Notes: generated from the letters alone by a model not told the origin. 33,060 nt of DNA from Azolla caroliniana (GCA_043228905.1 JBHGNT010000341.1:1-33060); one strand, 5' to 3'. Shown: positions 22,801 through 31,306, numbered from the stretch's first letter. A program made the numbers and translations.

Positions 22801-23447
22801 GTACCGGCTTTTACCTTGTCAAATACATCGGCATAAGGATGATATTTTGCCGGAAGTTGTATTGAGGAGTCCTTCTTAATAGTGCTAGAAGGATGTACTG
22901 ATATGGCAAATAGGAACATTGCCTCCTTGGGTCCTTCTTCGCGTAGTTGATGGAGTGAAATGGTCGAAACTCGGTGAGTTGATTCTTGGGGTGGTCGATA
23001 TCGGACTTCTCTTGTTCTCCAATCTATGGCTGGATTATGTAATTCAAGCCAAGGTAATCCTAGGACAATGGGATGCTCTGGACTACTAATTATATTAAAT
23101 GATATTATACACACAAAACTACCTAGGACAACTTGAATGGGTTCTGATTCTTCTACAATATTCCCGGAAGCAATGGGACGACCATCAATGACCACTACAG
23201 ATGCGGGACAAGAAAGTTTTCTTAAGGATATCTGAGAAGCTTGGGCAAAATTTCGATCCATGAAACAGGAATTAGCTCCGGAATCTAAAAGTGCTAGGAC
23301 GGGTACTGGGGGAGTACTTTTAGTACTAACAATGACTTGGGCTAGGAACACATTGCTAACTTGCTTGGAAGGAATGGAACCACTAATGGGCTGTACAGAT
23401 CTAGGGCTGCTGTCCAACCAAATGGCTCCTATTTTGGCTGGACTCAA
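19875..23447 (-). CDS. pol: Pol polyprotein PR-RT-RH-INT-chromodomain (~1190 aa), probably expressed by -1 frameshift from gag
   Basis: ALLDSGA, IYLDD, EADASDFA, HDTHTAGH..CDAC, DFITDLP/DRGPQF/ERTNQ, GPF, EYEVAAILDS..YYLVDWLGYSPSERTWEP; first codon is TTG overlapping the gag stop, no ATG start. Confidence 0.95.
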   Translation of the reverse strand: MSPAKIGAIWLDSSPRSVQPISGSIPSKQVSNVFLAQVIVSTKSTPPVPVLALLDSGANSCFMDRNFAQASQISLRKLSCPASVVVIDGRPIASGNIVEESEPIQVVLGSFVCIISFNIISSPEHPIVLGLPWLELHNPAIDWRTREVRYRPPQESTHRVSTISLHQLREEGPKEAMFLFAISVHPSSTIKKDSSIQLPAKYHPYADVFDKVKAGTLPHHRPYDCPIDLQPGTEPPWGPIYNLSPTELEVLRAYIEENLASGFIRHSKSPAGAPIFFVKKKDGSLRLVVDYRGLNKVTIRNRYALPLISSLLEQVNGAKFFTKIDLRGAYNLVRIRPGDEWKTAFRTRYGHFEYIVMPFGLTNAPAVFQHMANDIFRDLLDICLIIYLDDLLIYSKTQEEHDSHVLLVLKRLRENGLYAKLEKCIFDCKQVEFLGYVISSKGIAMDPAKIQTVLEWQIPRSVRDVQCFLGFANFHRKFIQDYSKIILLLTQLTKKGQAFLWSIEADMAFRHLKKAFTSAPILAHVDTSKPFIMEADASDFALGSILSQQGDKEELHPVAFHSRKFNVAKINYEIHDKELLAIVDSFVQWRHFLEGSPHQVIVFSDHKNLAYFQNARVLNRRQARWAQFLTHFNFEITYRPGKQQGKADALSRRSYLAPRPGDATFDNQKQVILGPTRLHTTRIFHTPMDSRITDDIRATLKADSFAQDILAHIDTSRASCSQSQQPGIDYRQFEYHDGLLFFKKRVYVPDCSCRLQIVQHCHDTHTAGHFGSTKTLELVQRSFWWPHMRRFVDDYVRTCDACCRAKMPRHHPYGLLEPLPIPSKPWQSICLDFITDLPVSKGFDAILTVVDRYTKMAHFVPCTKAITSEETAALVMREVFRHHGLPDSIISDRGPQFVSKFWQHLFRMLKVSCNLSSGYHPQTDRQAERTNQMLEQYLRCFLSYQQDDWAEILHFAEFAYNNAIHSSTRVSPFLAYTGFHPRWSVIDTPELPTNPRAEDHLERLRKIQMDLSTHLRHAQHTQKTYADRHRIPSSFAIGDRVWLLRRHIKTTRPCDKLDYRRLGPFRITGKINDVTFRLDLPPQLQIHPVFHCSLLEPYKANTIPDRVTPPPPPLELDAGPEYEVAAILDSKLVCNKLYYLVDWLGYSPSERTWEPVENVANAQDLLADFHRKYPDKPGPQLAPTRSTRRL

Positions 23448-24601
23448 TCGTTTAACTCTTCATCTAATTGACTAAGGATTTCAAATTTATTTGAGATACT
23501 TGGGCTATTAGTACTATGAATACTATCTGACACTCTATTAGTACTATTAATACTATCAGACACTCCGAAGGGAAGAATTGACTCGGGTTTAGTACAGGCG
23601 ACGATTTGATTTACCTGTCTTCTTGGCCTATGGGGACAATTGATGGCGATATGTCCTGGTCCACCGCAATAAAGACATAATTGATTGGCACGTCGTCGTT
23701 GCTTTTCTTCTTCCGATAACGGGCCGCGTCGACGCATGGTATCGATCTCCATCGGTGTCGAAGTATTTGCTTGAGGTATGTCTCGTGCAAACGGTTTAGC
23801 CGCGACTGCGGCGTAAGTGGGCTCTGGCCTAGAGCGTGGTATCTGTAATTGACGTTCTGAACGCCGTTCAAAAAGGCGGTTGTCACATCGAACTGCTCGA
23901 CTGATTGCCTCCGTAAGAGACTTTGGTTCTTCGGGGAAAGTTAGAAGTAGATCTTTGAAATCGTTTCGCAAGCCATAGCGAAACTGCTCCATTAGTGCTT
24001 GATCATCCCAGGGTATATCTGAAGCAAGTAGGCGGAAATCCGCCGCGTAGGCAGAGGCTGGACGATCGCCTTGACGCAATCGCCGGATCTTGTTGATCGT
24101 CGTCCTGATGCTGTCGGTGTCTCCAAAGCAGGCTTTAAACTCACCAATAAAATCTTCAAAGTTATTAAGTAAGGGTGATTGTTTTTCTAGAAGCGGAGCA
24201 AACCATGCCAAGGCTGAGCCGCTAAGTAGCGTGCCTATTAGGCCGACTCGAGATGCATCAGTGGGATATCGGGAAGGATGCATCTGGATGACTAAGCGTA
24301 CCTGATTAAGGAATCCCCGGAATTGCGAACGCGTTCCATCAAATTTCACAGGAAGTCCAATCTTGGGCTCTTTATGAAATCCTTGGGGACTGGATCCTTG
24401 TTGTTGCAACGCTGCTTCGAGTTGTTGTACCCGTAACGCTAACTCCCCATGTTGTTGTTGCGTTTGTTGTTTTTCCAGAGCGATTTGTTGCAGATCCCCT
24501 ATCAGCCGTTGGTTTTCTTGTTCCAGGGCAACAAACTTTTCTTTTAGGCACTGTAGCTCGGAGAAAACGGATTGGTATTCTTGGGCGCTAACAGTAGCCA
24601 T
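23444..24601 (-). CDS. gag: Gag (385 aa) of element D
   Basis: N-terminal coiled coil, PVKFDGTRSQFRGFLNQV capsid-like region, LRQGDRPASAYAADF, zinc knuckle CLYCGGPGHIAINC. Confidence 0.95.
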   Translation of the reverse strand: MATVSAQEYQSVFSELQCLKEKFVALEQENQRLIGDLQQIALEKQQTQQQHGELALRVQQLEAALQQQGSSPQGFHKEPKIGLPVKFDGTRSQFRGFLNQVRLVIQMHPSRYPTDASRVGLIGTLLSGSALAWFAPLLEKQSPLLNNFEDFIGEFKACFGDTDSIRTTINKIRRLRQGDRPASAYAADFRLLASDIPWDDQALMEQFRYGLRNDFKDLLLTFPEEPKSLTEAISRAVRCDNRLFERRSERQLQIPRSRPEPTYAAVAAKPFARDIPQANTSTPMEIDTMRRRGPLSEEEKQRRRANQLCLYCGGPGHIAINCPHRPRRQVNQIVACTKPESILPFGVSDSINSTNRVSDSIHSTNSPSISNKFEILSQLDEELND

Positions 24602-24656
24602 AGTATAGGGAAAAGGGTAGGAGGATGAGGGAGAGTGACAAGTAGGCTAGAGGGGA

Positions 24657-24668
24657 AAATTGGTTCAA
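24657..24668 (-). other. Non-tRNA PBS of element D (self-priming type)
   Basis: Minus strand TTGAACCAATTT 2 nt after the 5' LTR; lacks TGG; complementary to LTR-internal AAATTGGTTCAA (24902-24891). Confidence 0.75.
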
Positions 24669-24670
24669 AC

Positions 24671-25113
24671 TGTCAGGAATAGTACTAAAACAGAGATGGA
24701 ATTAGTACTAAGAACAGCAGTACTATTAGTACTAAGAGGACGGCACTGCGTAAGATTCCCGAGAGAGGAAGTGAGAAGAGGAGAGAGAGAGAGAGATAGC
24801 GAGAATGAGAGAGAGAGAGAGAGATGATGACAGCGGCTATATATTATGTGAAAAGATAAGTACAAGCGGCTAAGAGGCTTAAGACTGGCGTTGAACCAAT
24901 TTGGTTCAAAACAATGCCTTGTGCCTCCTTTTATAGTGTTTTTAGGAATAATCCTGAAGCTTCTAGAATGTTCCAGAGAGATCTGGAATATACATCAATT
25001 TTCTATGATAAAGTATAAATGAAAATAATATCCTACAAAATACAATTCATAATCTAATGGTAAGAGCTCGACCTATGTAGCATAAAGTCATGGGTTCAAG
25101 TCTTGCCATGACA
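24671..25113 (-). repeat. Element D 5' LTR (443 bp); TATA box TATAAAA at 24935-24929
   Basis: Near-identical to 19423-19863. Confidence 0.95.
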
Positions 25114-25118
25114 GAACT

Positions 25119-26587
25119 CTTTCTTCAAGAACCTTTCTTAAGTTAGTTGTTTGTTCAATATCCAACCTTAATTTGTATGTTGGTGTCAATCTATCCTTCC
25201 CCTTGTTGGCATTCTCTTCAATGGATTGAGTTGGTTCCTCGGCTCTCTTGTTTGAGCTTCCATCTTCTTGACATGTGGTCTTGATCATCTCTTCCTTCTT
25301 CTTAAAGCTTCTTGTGTCATGTTTCTTAGAAGGGCCTTCATCTAGATCCGTCCTCTTCCGCTACTCATCCACAAACACTTCGTGGGTTTCTCATATGACC
25401 TCTACGGAGATCGTGTTGTTATCAACCGGATCCGCCCACCCGGTAAGGTCTCGTACATGAAGGTTGACTAGCTTTGCATCATCTGAATTAATCTTCCCTT
25501 TTTTTCCGTATTCGAGGACAGTCGGCCAAAACCCCGTTCCTAGTTTAATCATTCCAAGCTTCTCCTTCCCGATTCTTATACCAGCGGATGCAGCATAGTG
25601 TATAACTTCGACGTGGCTCGCATCAACCTCATCCATGATTTTCTTTAGAACCCCCCTACCGAAATTCACTTGCAAGGGTTTTCGAGTCTCACTTGAGTGT
25701 ATAATGTTGCCTTCTATGTAGACGAGGTTTTGTCGAATTTCCTCTTGAAGGCTAGCACAATCTTTCCTTGCATGATCAACACTATCACATGATACACATC
25801 TATATGGGTTCCCCTTCGGCCCTCTATGACTCATATTAGCTAACGAAACCGCTTCGAATTTTCGTGCCAACTCTTCAATGACAGAGTTCTCCATCGCTCT
25901 TTCGATCGGCTTGCTTTGCTTTGTCATCTCAGTTGCTATTGGAGCCTTCCTTCTTTGGACTACTGGGCCCGCCATGTTGGAATCATCTAGCCATTGACGA
26001 CGTTTGTCAAATCGATCACATGCTCTTCTTACCGCAACCCAATCCGTTATGAGACCATTGGGTTGTGCTTCATCCTCTAATAGACTACCTAGTTCTTGTA
26101 TATCTTTTGCATCCACCGCCTTTAAGAATTACAAAACTTTATCTCCTTCAAGAAGTGTTTGGTCGGTTCTCGGGAGATAGTTGTACATTTGGTCAAATTC
26201 AGTGTACACTCCCGAGGTGTTCATGTTCTTCCCCTTCTTCTAGATCCACTTCATCAACGTATGACGAGTCATCCTCGACACATGTTCAAGGATACATTCA
26301 GCCAAAAGCGCCCTTTCAAATCCTACCCATGTTGTTTGGGCGGCTTGAATCTCCCTTATACGGCCTTGTAACCCAATAGCTACGACACGCTTGAAGCTTG
26401 ATATTTGCTTCTCTTTGATGACATCACATTGTTGCATCTTTGTCTTGTATGTAGCGAGAAAATCCGTAATGTTTCTTCCACACAATTGGCCCGCTATCTC
26501 AACGGTTATGTCAATTTCCTTGTCTAAGCTTGCATCATTATCTCGAGCTCTCATCATATGCTCAACAATAGCCACCAACTTTGCCAC
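25119..26587 (-). pseudogene. gag: Element C gag (degenerate)
   Basis: Homologous to element B gag (GLITDWVAVRRACDRFDKRRQW; zinc knuckle CVSCDSVDHARKDC; GWADPVD). Confidence 0.88.
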
Positions 26588-26665
26588 TTCATCAGCTTTG
26601 GGTGTTTGACAAAGAAGCCATCTTCTAATCTTCTATTTCAAGCACTTGATACTTCCTACCGCCTC

Positions 26666-26683
26666 TTCACATCGGGTTCACCA
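26666..26683 (-). other. tRNA-Trp PBS of element C (1 mismatch)
   Basis: Minus TGGTGAACCCGATGTGAA, 8 nt from the LTR end at 26692. Confidence 0.8.
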
Positions 26684-26691
26684 CTAAATTA

Positions 26692-27720
26692 TGTCGGGAA
26701 AATCTGTCACTATGTGCGGATCGTGAGGCGGAACCTCCGGGGTTATGGGCGGGAAGGAAATAGGGTTCACACGCACAACACAAGGAAGGTGAGGTGCATG
26801 GGCAAGCTCGAACGAATGCACGGGAGGAAGGCTTACACATCGACACACAAGGAAAATGCTTACTTACACACACAAGAGACAGAGTTTCGAATGCCTTTGT
26901 GAAAAGAGAGGTGCATGGGCAAAGCCCGAACTCTCCCTTGTTACAAGACATGCGAACACACAAGGAAAAGGATTACTTACACAAACGAGAGACAGAGTTT
27001 TGAATGCCTTTATGAAAAGAGAGGTGGATGGGCAAACCCAAACGCTCCCTTGTTACAAGACACATGAACATACAAACAAGGTTACACACAAGAGACACAA
27101 TTTCAAACTCATTTGTGAAAGGAGAGGTGCATGGGCAAGCCCGAACGCTCCCTTGCCACAAGTCGCACGAACACACAATCAAGGTTTACACACAGGAGAC
27201 ACAATTTTGAACACCTTTGTGAAAGGAGAGAGGTGCATGGGCAAGCCCAAACACTCCCTTGCCACAAGTCGCACGAACACACAAGCAAGATTTACACTAA
27301 CATGCAAGACACGATTTCGAACGTCTTTGTGAAAGGAGAGGCACGTAAGTTTGAATGCCTTTGTGAAAGGAGAGGTGCATGGCCAGCCCAAAACGCTCCC
27401 ATGTCACAAGACACACAAACAAATAAGCACAAATGACGATAACAAATAAGCACAATCAAGATTTACACATAAGACAAGTAAATGAAAGAAAACATTAGTT
27501 TATATCAATATAATAGATTCTTTTATAATATAAAAATCATGTTACAATGGGTTGGATGCGAATATGAAGGATTGTTAATAAAGGAATAGGGGAAGAGAGG
27601 TGGAGGAAAGAAGAGAGTGGAGTATAGAAGGAGTTTCTTTGTTGATGATGCCTCTTGACGTTGTTGATCCTTCTTCTTTCTATTTCCAATTGAGTAGAGC
27701 TTCTGCATTCCTTCTCCACC
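26692..27720 (-). repeat. Element C 5' LTR lacking U3/TATA
   Basis: Colinear with 13772-14941; similarity stops abruptly at ...ccttctccacc (27720). Confidence 0.9.
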
Positions 27721-27727
27721 GGACCAG

Positions 27728-28190
27728 CTTTCGCTAAGTTCATGGTAGCTAAACCAGCTTCTCCGAGCAATTCCAAAGGTCTCACTTATGAGGGCATGGT
27801 GATGCTCTCCACCGGACCCATGATAGATCTTGTGAAGAAATCACCCCTTATTGCCTTGGTGGCGGTTTCCGTGACGATGGCGGTTTCCATGGTAGCCGTG
27901 GAGATAGAGACAATGGGAGGAGATTGGATAGGGACGGAGATTGGGATGGTGGATTCGATCAGGAGAGTGGCTTTGGCCGTGATTTTGGCGATGAGCCCTC
28001 CAGGGCTAACAATGTTGACGATTGGGGTGCTCCAAAGAAATTTTTTCCCTCTGGTATGGGTGGAGCCTCAGGGCGGTATGACAATGATGTTGGTGGAGGG
28101 TGGAGGATGGGCGACTTCTCCTCTTCCAAGGATGATGAGGACAACCATTGGGGCTCTTCGAAGAAATTCACCCCTATTGTTCCTACCAGT
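27728..28190 (+). pseudogene. EIF4B: Captured fragment of plant eukaryotic initiation factor 4B (N-terminal region)
   Basis: FAKFMVAKP..KGLTYEGMVMLSTGP/(frameshift)DRSCEE..LGGGFRD..DEPSRANNVDDWGAPKK..DEDNHWGSSKKF matches recalled plant eIF4B motifs LPTGPRERSAEE, LGGGF, PSRADEVDNW..KK. Confidence 0.8.
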
Positions 28191-28640
28191 ACAGACGATG
28201 GAGATGGAAGCCTGAAGGCCCTCCAATACTTCTCTCTCGTCTCCAAGATCTACACAGAGCATGACGCCAATCTCAGTTGCTCTGACAAAACCCTAGCCGA
28301 GTTCATCACCAATCTCGGCCGACGTAGTGATCATCGCAAGGAGAATGGAGCCAAGATGCCTGAATATTTCGTTTCAAGCTTGCTTACCACAATCCATGTT
28401 GTTTTACCTCCTTCATCTACTCGGAAAGGTGAGAAAGGGGAAGGTTAAATTTTCTCCTAATGGTGATTCTTCCTTTCCTAGTCTCTCTGTTGTTGATAAT
28501 AAGACGAGGATTCGAAAGATTGAGAATAATCTAGAGTGTGAGGCATGATCCAAGGGAGAGAGGACTGAGAGAAAGAAGTATAGCTCTCGTGATAATGACC
28601 AAAGAGGGGATGCAAGACACAACGAGAGAGATAGGAGAGT
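28191..28640 (+). pseudogene. PRP22: Captured fragment of spliceosomal DEAH helicase PRP22/DHX8 (N-terminal region, no helicase domain)
   Basis: LKALQYFSLVSKIYTEHDANLSCSDKTLAEFITNLGR..KENGAKMPEYFVSSLLTTIHVVLPP, then FPSLSVVDNKTRIRKIE and an R/D-rich tract; matches recalled LEYLSLVSKVCTELE.HLG..DKVLAEFI..ENGAEMPDYFVRTLLTIIH. Confidence 0.85.
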
Positions 28641-29057
28641 AGAGATGTTTAGTTACAGTCCGTCTCACAGAAAGAAAACATCTTGGCATTGAATGTGAGA
28701 AGGCATTCCGAGATGGAAAACATGTCACATTTGCGGGTGAGCAGTTCCCAAAGACTTAGAATAGAAATGAAGGTACAAACAAATTTTGTAGAAACAGAAC
28801 TCCTCCAAGCATTCTAGAACAATTCTATACACCACAGGAAGACGGCCAGATAGAGACATCTGGCGGTGGCTAAGACAACCGACCACACGGGGATGGCCGC
28901 GGTCGAGATGCACAACCGAGACGCGTTGCCGAGAGTACAACCCAGACGCATGACCGAGAGAAGGGCCGAGTGATGGCCACGAAGACAGCCAAAGAGAAGA
29001 TGAAGAAGAAAGTGGACGAAGAAGAAAAGAAATAGGAAAGAGAAGAGGGGCAGAGAG

Positions 29058-29157
29058 AAAAATTTCACAAGCTCAAGGGTATCCATTAAAATTTCAAAAC
29101 TTTGAGGGTAAAAACGAAAATTTTCTAAAACCAAGGGGTACAAATCATGAAATTTCG
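29058..29157 (-). mobile_element. Putative Mutator-like (MULE) terminal repeat, single end
   Basis: Three ~30-bp AAAATTT..(A/G)GGGTA subrepeats ending GAAATTTCG, preceded internally by a purine-rich tract; partner TIR and TSD not found. Confidence 0.4.
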
Positions 29158-29830
29158 AAAACACAACTCACATGATGAAAGAAAGAATACACAAACACAC
29201 AACACGATCTCACGACCCATGCGACAATGCACTAGCCGATTGGTGTATGATCCAATCATGACTGGTGTTGACCGAACGAGAAGGTTTGAGTCAAGCCAAG
29301 CTCCGACTGAAGTTATCGATCTTAGAGCAGTGATCCTGTTATTGCTAGGGCCGGACAACAGCCTAACACAGGGTGTCCACTTAAGACACGTCACCAAAGG
29401 GTGGTACCATAGAATGACTTACGACACAACGCTTACTTAGACCTTAATCGGTTACTTAGCCATCCATAATTAACACGCGTAAGATATAACAATGAATACA
29501 GAACGGTAATCAACACTGGAAGATTAAGACAATAAGCTTTATTAATTATCCGCTCCTGATTACATTGTAACCGGTCCTTTATATAGGTCTCTGGTGCGAA
29601 ATACAAAACGGTGCCAACCGGCACCTTTACGGAATCGTTCCGGATCCGGATCGGCATACCGATTCCGGTCCGTCCGTCCACATCTTCTTATATAATAATA
29701 TGTATATATTAAGACTACTAATTACAACAGTTCCCGAATAACTATTCCTTTCACACTCTGGTTTGGACCTCCTTAAGCCTTCTTGCCGACCGGTAACACA
29801 TGGCACGCCCGTGGGATAGTACCTTGTACA
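29158..29830 (-). repeat. Putative partial 3' LTR of an unidentified retroelement
   Basis: Minus strand CCTATATAAAGG (~29587-29576), AATAAA (~29543-29538), then GT-rich sequence; lies just downstream of the coiled-coil ORF; start position uncertain. Confidence 0.4.
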
Positions 29831-29852
29831 TCGAACCCACTATCCAACCCTT

Positions 29853-31306
29853 TTATGCTTCGTCCAAAATGTCCAGAATGCTTTGCTCCAAAATTTTCAA
29901 TGGCCCGTTGGGAATCTGTTGTTGCTGTTGTGGCTGCTGCTGTTGTTCCGTTTGTGGTTGTGGTTGCTGCTCCGTTTGTGGCTGTGGCTCTATTTGTCGC
30001 TCTGGCACCAACGTTTCCATCGTTGGTTCCTCCGACGAAGTTGTTTGTGGCTGACTGACCCCGGCCTATTCCCCCTCCGGTCTTTGCACCGGCAACGGTT
30101 CCTCATCACTAAGGTTGACCGTTGCCACCTTTCGCGCTTTTTCTTCGCGGAGCCGGGACCACTCATAGCTTTCGAACTGGATTTGAGCCTCCACCCGATC
30201 ATCGTCTAGTTGAGCTACGAGCTGTCGGACCTGCACCAATTGTTCATCCGCTAGGGTTGTGAAATCTTCCGCCAGCTCATCCCTGATGGTGGTGAAGTCC
30301 TCCGAGTTCAGCATATAGCAGCCGTCGCCCTCCTTTCGTCGGTTTTCAACGTCTGCCCTAAGCAATTGGAGTTTCGGCGTATTCTGCGCCCATTTTGCCC
30401 ACGAACGCACAAAGCTATCATCAATCAAGCTTTTGGTCTTAGTGAGCCATGACCGGAGGATGCACTGGATCCGTTTGGCTCCCATCTTTGATTTATTTTT
30501 TGCGGCTTGTCGCTCCTCCTTCAATTGCTTGATGATCCGAACCGTGTCTGCCTCCTGCTCCCTATAATGCGACAATTGAGTTTGATAGGTTGTTTGCAAC
30601 CTCTGTAGTACCATTGACACTCTTTGCTTGTCTTCATGGTTCTGTTTGTGGAGCTCCATCCGGTCATTCGCCGCTTCCTCCAATAGCCGGGAACTTTCCG
30701 CTCGTTCTTCGGCGAGTGCCGTTGTGGCCCTATCAACCTCTTGCCAGAGCTTGGCCATCCATTCCTGTTGTTGCTGATGCTCCGTCTCCAGCTGCTTGTA
30801 GTCCCGATGCAGATGATCGAAATCATCAGTCTTCTGCTTCAGCCTTTGGTTGATCTGACGGCGCGCGCAGTCCTCCCGGTCCTTCTGGTGCTAGAGCTCT
30901 TCCTTCAACCGCTCGATTTCCGTTTCCGCCATCCGTCGCAGCTTGTCTTTTTCCTACAGCACTTTCTCTTTTTCCTCCTTCAACCGGTCGTAAGCATGAT
31001 GTCCTTTACGCAGGTTTTCCTCTGCACGGTGAAGTTTCTCAGCAGTCTTTCTTAATTCTTCTTCGACTGCCTTCTTCAAGTCGCGTTCGCGGCTCCGTAA
31101 TGCTTCTTGTGCGGCAAGCTCATCTCATAATTTCGCAAGCTCTTGGGCTTGCGCCGCATGTTTCTCCGGGACAGTTTGTGTCTCCGGGGTCTTATTCTTC
31201 TGTACATCAACCGGAGTCACCGGTGCTTGGATCTGCGTTGCGGTTAAGGCCATTTTGGCCATATCTCTAGTGATCTGATCCAAGTCTTGTTCGAGGCACG
31301 AACTGT
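29853..31306 (-). pseudogene. Unknown coiled-coil protein with Q/P-rich tail (~480 codons, 5' truncated), probably a retroelement extra ORF
   Basis: Single frame with 4 internal stops (31125 TGA; 30954, 30891, 30066 TAG), all revertible by T>C; E/K/R/Q-rich heptads; ends QPQTEQQ..ILDILDEA*. Confidence 0.7.

Larger units (their letters stand above)
19423..25113 (-). mobile_element. Tcn1-like chromovirus (Ty3/gypsy) element D, 5691 bp, intact ORFs, very recent insertion
   Basis: LTRs 19423-19863 and 24671-25113 differ by 2 substitutions and one GA unit; TSD GAACT (19418-19422/25114-25118); PPT AGGGGGAGATAG; chromodomain on integrase. Confidence 0.96.
13772..27720 (-). mobile_element. Ty3/gypsy non-chromovirus element C (Phygy-like, AT-rich), decayed; hosts element D; 5' LTR truncated
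   Basis: 3' LTR 13772-15373, 5' LTR 26692-27720, tRNA-Trp PBS, PPT, gag-PR and RT-RH-INT clearly homologous to A and B. Confidence 0.92.

Noticed and set aside
23506-23563. 30-bp duplication in D gag C-terminus (VSDSINSTNR/VSDSIHSTNS) and repeated TAGTACTA motifs in the D LTR
   Set aside because: Real but short; in a variable linker/U5 with no further evidence of function.
27742-28548. Intact host eIF4B or PRP22 gene
   Set aside because: Both are partial, frameshifted and have substitutions in conserved motifs; no helicase domain follows.
29783-30209. Cys-rich (metallothionein-like) and hydrophobic plus-strand ORFs
   Set aside because: Antisense readings of the CAA/CAG Gln-rich tail of the minus-strand ORF.
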